Origin: a virus | Lineage: Duplodnaviria; Caudoviricetes | IMG/VR virus record: IMGVR_UViG_3300028591_000082 | Length of the DNA stretch: 64,000 bases | Strand: one strand, 5' to 3' | Shown: positions 58,200 to 64,000 of the stretch, in pieces | How the letters are laid out: every line of letters begins with the position of its first letter | Numbering within the stretch: position 1 is the stretch's first letter | Made by a program: the position numbers and the translations under genes | The notes under the pieces: model-generated | Database searches by the model: none | The model's input: only the letters and a program-made list of their open reading frames with translations | Told to the model about the DNA's origin: nothing

Positions 58200-59398
58200 T
58201 GGAATTTTCAATAAATTTATTTGGCGGTTGCAAATGTAATGCAATGTGTAGTTATTGTTCTGCTCACCTTATTGAGGAAGAAAATCCAGTTGTAGATCTT
58301 GATGCAATTATTAAAACAATGAAAAGTAATAAAGGTATACAAGAAGGTTTAAAAAGTGGTGATAAATTAAATATTAATTTTTGGGGAGGAGAGCCACTTA
58401 TTCATACAAAGTGGTTTGATCCAATAATTGATAGACTCGAAGATGAATTTGGTGATAAAATAGAAAGCTATTTTATTTCTACAAATGGTATACCTATCGC
58501 AGATAAAAAAGTTGTTGATTGGATTTATGCACTTAATAAAAGAAGAAAAATAGGGATCCAACTTTCGCATGATGGACTTGGTCAATATCATAGAACAAAA
58601 TGGTTTGATCCTCTTTTCTCAGAAAGTACTTGTGATACATTTGTAAAACTTGCAAAAGATGGTATTTTTACTCTTATAAATTGTACAATGTCTTCAAAGA
58701 ATCCATCTATGCTTGCAAATATGTTTTATTTTAATAAATGGTTATTCGATCATGATCTTACAGATAAGGTAGATATTAAATTAAATCATATTAATGATTC
58801 AGATTACTGTTCTGAATTTGACTTTAATGGTGAGGAACTCGATACATATATTCATGAAGCAGAACTTGTGTTTATGGATACATATGCGCTTGTAAAAAAA
58901 TATGGCGAACCAAAAGGTTTCGGAGATCCAAGAGGTGGAAATACACAAAATTTCCCAGCTTGGTGGAGACCATATGCTGGATATTTTAATAATCAGCTTA
59001 TGAGAGATGATTTATATCAGATGCCAGGTGGATGTGGGCAGTTTGCTATAGGAATGAGAGATGAGACTTGGTGTATCAATACAAAAGGTGAATATGTAGC
59101 CTGCCAACTTTGGGATACAAACGATGGTATTCAGAATATGAAACTTGAGATGCCAGCTTATTGTGATGATTGCGAATATAAGATTTATAACGAATGCCAT
59201 CCTTGTCCAAATAATACTTATCCAAAAGAAAAATGTTCTTATCATAAAGCATTTATAAGAATGATTCTTAGAATAAAAGAAATGAGAGCATTATTTGATA
59301 ATGCAATAAAAGATGCAATTAATAATTGTAATTGTAATTGTGGCTGCAATGGCAATGGTAATTGTAATTGTGGAGATGAATGTAATTCATATAGATAA
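58199..59398 (+). CDS. Radical SAM enzyme with SPASM-like domain and Cys-rich tail
   Basis: CNAMCSYC, FWGGEPL, STNG, LSHDG, C...G.YVAC, CDDC.....CHPCP...C; tail NCNCNCGCNGNGNCNCGDEC. Confidence 0.9.
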   Translation: MEFSINLFGGCKCNAMCSYCSAHLIEEENPVVDLDAIIKTMKSNKGIQEGLKSGDKLNINFWGGEPLIHTKWFDPIIDRLEDEFGDKIESYFISTNGIPIADKKVVDWIYALNKRRKIGIQLSHDGLGQYHRTKWFDPLFSESTCDTFVKLAKDGIFTLINCTMSSKNPSMLANMFYFNKWLFDHDLTDKVDIKLNHINDSDYCSEFDFNGEELDTYIHEAELVFMDTYALVKKYGEPKGFGDPRGGNTQNFPAWWRPYAGYFNNQLMRDDLYQMPGGCGQFAIGMRDETWCINTKGEYVACQLWDTNDGIQNMKLEMPAYCDDCEYKIYNECHPCPNNTYPKEKCSYHKAFIRMILRIKEMRALFDNAIKDAINNCNCNCGCNGNGNCNCGDECNSYR

Positions 59399-59491
59399 AT
59401 GATTACTTTAGATAAACAAATAAAGTTTGGAAATTCTTATTTTTCTCAACAAACAAATACAATTAAAGTAGATAATAATAATATAAAATAA
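59399..59491 (+). pseudogene. Leader-only remnant paralogous to N-terminus of 60856..61710
   Basis: MITLDKQIKFGNSYFSQQTNTIKVDNNNIK vs MIILSNKLKFNDS...GTNTIK...IDNNDDI. Confidence 0.5.
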
Positions 59492-59494
59492 GTT

Positions 59495-60325
59495 ATGGAT
59501 GAAAAAAAAATAGAATTTATAAAAAATAAACTTGTTGTCAAGCTTATGACAACAAGTGGTAATATTTTATTTCCACTAAAAAATTTACTTGAAATGCCAT
59601 CTAAAACAGAAGATGGAAAAAATATATATACATTTATATGTTTTGAGTTTCCAAATGATGAGTGTTATTATAGCAAAAAATATGTAAAAAAATGTATGAT
59701 GTCTTGGTCTAAAAAATTTGGATACATAAGAATAATACTTATACCAATAATTCAATGTATTAATATTTCAGAATGGACAAAAAAAACTTATGTTAGAAGA
59801 TGCTATCCTACAGATTCATTAAGAATGCTTTTTATAAGTATGTTTGATAATTGTATATATGTAGATACAGACTGTTTTATTTCCGAAGAGTTTGACGAAA
59901 GCGTATTTGATAAATATGATTGTTTTATTGCTAATAATTGTCCAGGAACAATGACTTGGAATAAACATAAAAATAATAAAAAGTTTATTGAATATTTTGA
60001 CCATTATGAAGAATTAGCAAAAAATATAAAAGATCCAATGGAAAAATATGTTAATGATAATGGAGATTGTACTGTATTTGGAGACTTTGGAAAGAATTTA
60101 ATTACGCCAGTAAATATTACTGGTGTAGATCATTTTTCATTAACATGGTCACTTATGTGGGCTAATAAAAATAAAAAATTTTATTTATCTACATCTAATG
60201 AAAATTGCAAATTTAATTTTTCAAAAGATGCAATGGGTGCTTGGATTGATTATTGTTTTGATAGGGATTATTCAGATTATATAATTCCTACTGATATTGA
60301 TTGTGAATTAATAGGATTTGTATAA
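59495..60325 (+). CDS. DxD glycosyltransferase (GT32/OCH1-like)
   Basis: CMMSW, TDSLRM, IYVDTD match the SW...SD..R...Y.D.D pattern. Confidence 0.7.
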   Translation: MDEKKIEFIKNKLVVKLMTTSGNILFPLKNLLEMPSKTEDGKNIYTFICFEFPNDECYYSKKYVKKCMMSWSKKFGYIRIILIPIIQCINISEWTKKTYVRRCYPTDSLRMLFISMFDNCIYVDTDCFISEEFDESVFDKYDCFIANNCPGTMTWNKHKNNKKFIEYFDHYEELAKNIKDPMEKYVNDNGDCTVFGDFGKNLITPVNITGVDHFSLTWSLMWANKNKKFYLSTSNENCKFNFSKDAMGAWIDYCFDRDYSDYIIPTDIDCELIGFV

Positions 60326-60331
60326 TATAGA

Positions 60332-60430
60332 TTAATATTTGCTGTAACAATTATATATACAAATTTGGTATGCATCTACGCAAGATATATTACATCCAAC
60401 ACATTTATTATCACAAGTTGCGCATCCATA
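60332..60430 (-). pseudogene. Orphan inverted Cys-repeat fragment
   Basis: Minus frame YGCATCDNKCVGCNISCVDAYQICIYNCYSKY-stop with no in-frame ATG. Confidence 0.6.
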
Positions 60431-60442
60431 TAAGATAATTAT

Positions 60443-60859
60443 GTGATAACAGTTGGCAAAACACAAGACAGAATTGGTAATGAAAATAATAGTTCTCTTA
60501 TATTTTTAGGTAATACTAATAATACAACATTTTTAAAGGAAGATGGCGGTCAAGCTTTTTTTGATGAAAATAATATAAGTGATACGATTATTGCTAAAGG
60601 AAAGGTTACAAAAACCACAAATTCTGGCTTTATAAATGACAAAAAATTTTATACTTGTAATGCAAATGCTCAAACTTATTTATGTTTTAGATGCGTTGAT
60701 GAATGTGTGAGTTGTAATAGTTGTTTAAATTGTAATGGATGTCACACCAAATGTAATTCTTGCCAAGGATGTGATGATACATGTTATGGCTGTAATTTAT
60801 GCAATAGTTGTAATGGATGCAATAGTTGTAATTCATATTGGAATGGAGCTGGAAGATGA
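60443..60859 (+). CDS. Cys-repeat protein 1 (putative rSAM substrate)
   Basis: ~70 aa Cys-free N-terminus then ~17 Cys mostly in Cx2C/Cx3C spacing; AAGATAA-4nt-GTG. Confidence 0.75.
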   Translation: MITVGKTQDRIGNENNSSLIFLGNTNNTTFLKEDGGQAFFDENNISDTIIAKGKVTKTTNSGFINDKKFYTCNANAQTYLCFRCVDECVSCNSCLNCNGCHTKCNSCQGCDDTCYGCNLCNSCNGCNSCNSYWNGAGR

Positions 60860-61710
60860 TTATATTATCAAATAAACTAAAATTTAACGACAGTAATACA
60901 GTAACTCATAAAAAAATATTAGTTGGGACTAATACAATTAAATTTGAAAGAGATAATGGTGTTACAGAAATATTAAGAATTGATAATAATGATGATATTT
61001 ATTATAATAATAGTAAACTTTATTATGACTGTAATAATTGCGTAGGTTGTACTAAATGTAATAGTTGTACTACTTGCGATAGTTGTCATGGTTGCATTAG
61101 TGATTGTAGAAATTGTAATGTATGTTATAATAAATGTAATGGCTGTTATAATAATTGCAATGGCTGTAATGGCGGTTGTAATAATTGTCAAAATAGTTGT
61201 AATACATGTACTAGCTGTAATAGATGCACTTCTTGTACTAGTTGTACTAGCTGTAATGGTGGTTGTACCTCTGGATATGGATGTGGCAATTGCGATGATT
61301 CTTGCCAATCATGTACTGGTTGTACAAGTGTTAGAACATATTGTATGGGATGCGTAAGCGGATGTAATAGTTGCACTAGTTGTGCTGGCTGCAACAATGG
61401 TTCTTATTGTCCAAGTAGCTATACTTGTAGTGGAAGTTGTGTAAATACATGTAATGGATGTAATGATGGTTGTACTAGTGGTTGTACAACCGGTTGTACA
61501 TCATGTAATGGTTGTAATAGTAGTTGCCAGAACAGCTGTACTGGATGTCGTGGTTGCGTAAGTGCTTGTACTACAAACTGTACTGGTTGCGATAGTAGAT
61601 GTAATGGTAGTTGCAATGGTTGTACTGGATGTACTTCATGTAATAATTGTGTTAGTACTTGCAATGGATGCAATACTTCGTGTTGGGGACCATGCTGGTT
61701 AAATCATTAG
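60856..61710 (+). CDS. Cys-repeat protein 2 (putative rSAM substrate)
   Basis: ~57 aa Cys-free N-terminus then ~63 Cys (manual count) in Cx2C/Cx3C repeats rich in N/T/S/G; ATGA-coupled start at 60856 with GGAG SD. Confidence 0.8.
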   Translation: MIILSNKLKFNDSNTVTHKKILVGTNTIKFERDNGVTEILRIDNNDDIYYNNSKLYYDCNNCVGCTKCNSCTTCDSCHGCISDCRNCNVCYNKCNGCYNNCNGCNGGCNNCQNSCNTCTSCNRCTSCTSCTSCNGGCTSGYGCGNCDDSCQSCTGCTSVRTYCMGCVSGCNSCTSCAGCNNGSYCPSSYTCSGSCVNTCNGCNDGCTSGCTTGCTSCNGCNSSCQNSCTGCRGCVSACTTNCTGCDSRCNGSCNGCTGCTSCNNCVSTCNGCNTSCWGPCWLNH

Positions 61711-61756
61711 TAATATATAGACGTTATTATATGTAATTATCTAAAAAGTTAATGAT

Positions 61757-63178
61757 ATGACACTCAGAGAAATAGTAGATAATACATTAGATGATCAATA
61801 TATAATTAATGAAGGCTTTATTACTTGTCCTGCTATTTTTTATTATGCATTTTCAAAACCAATAGGGTCACTTAAGGTAAGTGCTGAAAAAATAAAAGCA
61901 AAAGCTGGTATTAAATCAGGAAAAGGCGAAAATGCTACTATATATAAGCTATCAAAAGAGCAAAAAGATTTTCTTAAAGAAATAAGAGCTAAATATGGTT
62001 CTAGTATAGAAAATCTTATAAAGACATTTAGAATAAAAATAGCGGCACCTTATCAAATAGCAAGAAGAGCATCTGCAGATTATAGCAAATCAACATCTCT
62101 TACAAGATATGGAATGACAAAAGATGAGTATATGCGTGCTTATGAAAGCGGAAGAAACAAAATTTTAAGAATGAATAAAAAAGATGAAGCTTTCAATAGT
62201 AGCAAACTTGATTTTGAAAACAAAAAAAATGCTCTTAACGAATTAAGAAAAACAATAAATAATTTTGAATCTGGTTCAAATCTTGTAATAAATTCAAATA
62301 TGATAGAAAAACTTCTCTCAACAAAAGGTCTTGACAGAGAATCATTCAACTGGTCTATGGCAGATCTTGAATCTGCATACAACAAAATAAAAAAATATAA
62401 AGAAATACTTAATAATCCAGATCCAAAAAGAGATGAAGAAGGAAATGAAGTATTCTACGATTATAGAGGTGGAAGAAGAATTCCAAGAACAAGAAAATAT
62501 ATCACAGAATATATAGAAGACATTAAAAAATATGGATATGCTGGAACAAAACTTCAAGAACGTACAAGAGAAAGAGAAGCTGCTCTAAAAAAATCTGGAA
62601 ACTGGGAAGAAGCATTTAATAGATATATGCTTAGAAAAGAAATAATTAAAGATTTCGAAAAGAATTTCTCAAGAAATGAATATATATCTGTTTATAAAAA
62701 GATTTTGCAGGACGAACTTAGAAAAGCAGAACAGAATTTTGATGAATCTAAAAATACATTTATGAATGTACTTCCAAGACATACTCTTAATGATAAAGAA
62801 AAAAAGATTTGGAAGCTTAAATCAACTGGAGTTATAAATTCTGGCGATATTAATGATTGGTATCTTGCAATAAAGCCAGAAGATTTTGGAACAAAAACAG
62901 TTAAGAAACCAAGAGAAATAGAAAGAGCAGAATATGAAATAAAAGCTGCTACAAAAAATTTTGAATCAGAACTTTCTAAAATTCTTGATGAAGAAGAAAT
63001 GGCAAAACTTAAAGAACTTAGACTTATAGATAATTTTATAAGTGTAAAAGTAAGTAAAGAAGACAATTTTGAAAAAGATGTTCTTTCTAGAAAAGAAAAG
63101 AAAGAAGGTGAAGAAGAAGAAAATAAGGACAAAAAAACAGGAGAAGAAAATGATTCTAAGCGAAACACTGATGAATAA
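61757..63178 (+). CDS. Putative head-internal/ejected helical protein
   Basis: MTLREIVD...IINEG N-terminus; AAGTTAA-4nt-ATG. Confidence 0.6.
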   Translation: MTLREIVDNTLDDQYIINEGFITCPAIFYYAFSKPIGSLKVSAEKIKAKAGIKSGKGENATIYKLSKEQKDFLKEIRAKYGSSIENLIKTFRIKIAAPYQIARRASADYSKSTSLTRYGMTKDEYMRAYESGRNKILRMNKKDEAFNSSKLDFENKKNALNELRKTINNFESGSNLVINSNMIEKLLSTKGLDRESFNWSMADLESAYNKIKKYKEILNNPDPKRDEEGNEVFYDYRGGRRIPRTRKYITEYIEDIKKYGYAGTKLQERTREREAALKKSGNWEEAFNRYMLRKEIIKDFEKNFSRNEYISVYKKILQDELRKAEQNFDESKNTFMNVLPRHTLNDKEKKIWKLKSTGVINSGDINDWYLAIKPEDFGTKTVKKPREIERAEYEIKAATKNFESELSKILDEEEMAKLKELRLIDNFISVKVSKEDNFEKDVLSRKEKKEGEEEENKDKKTGEENDSKRNTDE

Positions 63179-64000
63179 TTTTGGTGGTAATATTCTTGCA
63201 GAAGAAGGTGGTATACCACTTAGAGGAAAAACATCTGCAAAGATTATTACTCATAAAGATACAGATGGTCTTATTTCTGGTATTACAATGGTTCATGCTC
63301 TTGAAAGAAGAGGTATACCAAGAGATAGAATTACTATAAAATTTGCTCAATATGGTGATGATGATAAATCATATGAAAAATTTCTTGCAAAAAATGATAA
63401 AGAATATGTATCTGTAACAGATTTTGCAAAGTTTCCAAAAGTAAAAGTTTATGATGTATTTCAAACATTACTTGGATGGCCGAAAGATGGTATGTATAAA
63501 TTTAAATCTTTTGCAAAAAAAGATTTTAAATCAATGAAACTTGATGCGTTTAAGAAAGAATTTAGAGATGATTATTCACCAAAAGAAAATAAATTCACAG
63601 ATGATTCACTTACTTCGCTTTTTTATGGAATGAGAGTTTTACAGGACGAGCTTAAATCTGGAAAGTCTACACTTAACGGTTCATCAAATGATTTAAGAAA
63701 GCTTAAAATGGTAACAGCAAAACCAAATACAGTAGAAGATCATCATGATAATTCAAATGGTTCTCTTTCTGGTGGAGAAACTGGCGAAATAGAAATTCAT
63801 TCTCCTTCTGAAGCAAGTCACCTTGCAAACAAATATATTCCAGGTGCTTGGAGTAAAGAAGATCTTGAAGCAGTAGATATGATTGATAGTGCTGGTTATA
63901 ATCAGGAACAGCTTAGAAATGCAATCTTCCTTGAAAAGCACTTCTCTGGAAAAGACAAAAAGAAAAATCTTGCACAACTTATTACAGTTCTTGGAACGCA
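63150..64000 (+). CDS. DHH-family phosphoesterase (partial, runs off window)
   Basis: ATG 63150 after AGGAG; manual translation shows THKDTDG, VTDF, EDHH; N-terminal ILAEE. Confidence 0.75.
   Translation, partial: MILSETLMNNFGGNILAEEGGIPLRGKTSAKIITHKDTDGLISGITMVHALERRGIPRDRITIKFAQYGDDDKSYEKFLAKNDKEYVSVTDFAKFPKVKVYDVFQTLLGWPKDGMYKFKSFAKKDFKSMKLDAFKKEFRDDYSPKENKFTDDSLTSLFYGMRVLQDELKSGKSTLNGSSNDLRKLKMVTAKPNTVEDHHDNSNGSLSGGETGEIEIHSPSEASHLANKYIPGAWSKEDLEAVDMIDSAGYNQEQLRNAIFLEKHFSGKDKKKNLAQLITVLGT

Noticed and set aside
60973-61673. Alternative-frame ORFs over Cys protein 2 (60973..61308-, 61088..61357+, 61188..61397-, 61419..61673-)
   Set aside because: Shadow frames produced by the TGT-rich low-complexity codons; no SD or promoter support.
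1-64000. Stop-codon reassignment, as seen in some large gut phages
   Set aside because: Long conserved genes (dnaE, nrdD, portal, terminase) are intact in code 11, and TAG, TGA and TAA all end genes at expected positions.

Overview
This is an AT-rich 64 kb segment of a large, T4-superfamily-like contractile-tailed phage genome in standard genetic code 11. NrdD points to an anaerobic host, and spanin-like nested genes suggest a diderm host (both inferences). Recognisable genes include gp41-like helicase, gp61-like primase, 5'-3' exonuclease, family-C DnaE polymerase, RecA/UvsX, gp32 SSB, GroES, ClpP, SLT lysin, portal, large terminase, ThyX, gp55-like late sigma, a DnaD-like initiator, NrdD, tail tube/hub/tape-measure/baseplate genes and the prohead protease. 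Genes are mostly on the minus strand left of ~38.3 kb and mostly on the plus strand to its right, and an iteron/hairpin-rich candidate origin sits at the switch. The strongest candidate for a new system is 57.2-61.7 kb. There a sigma70-type promoter drives an aldo/keto reductase, a radical SAM/SPASM enzyme and a DxD glycosyltransferase. These are followed by late-promoter-driven proteins built from Cx2C/Cx3C repeats (~17 and ~63 Cys), with broken remnants of a third such gene (a leader-only ORF and an inverted Cys core). I read this as a putative phage-encoded RiPP-like post-translational modification pathway for virion proteins. Other window-wide signals: a non-T4 late promoter AAG[T/A/C]TAA lying exactly 4 nt before the start codon of 10 genes (leaderless late mRNAs), five interlocked early/late divergent promoter cassettes, a shared C-terminal [ILV][KR]I tag on 7 unrelated small proteins, N-terminal capsid-targeting-like propeptides on several enzymes, and structured 5' leaders. 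All annotations come from motif recognition by eye; no database searches were run.
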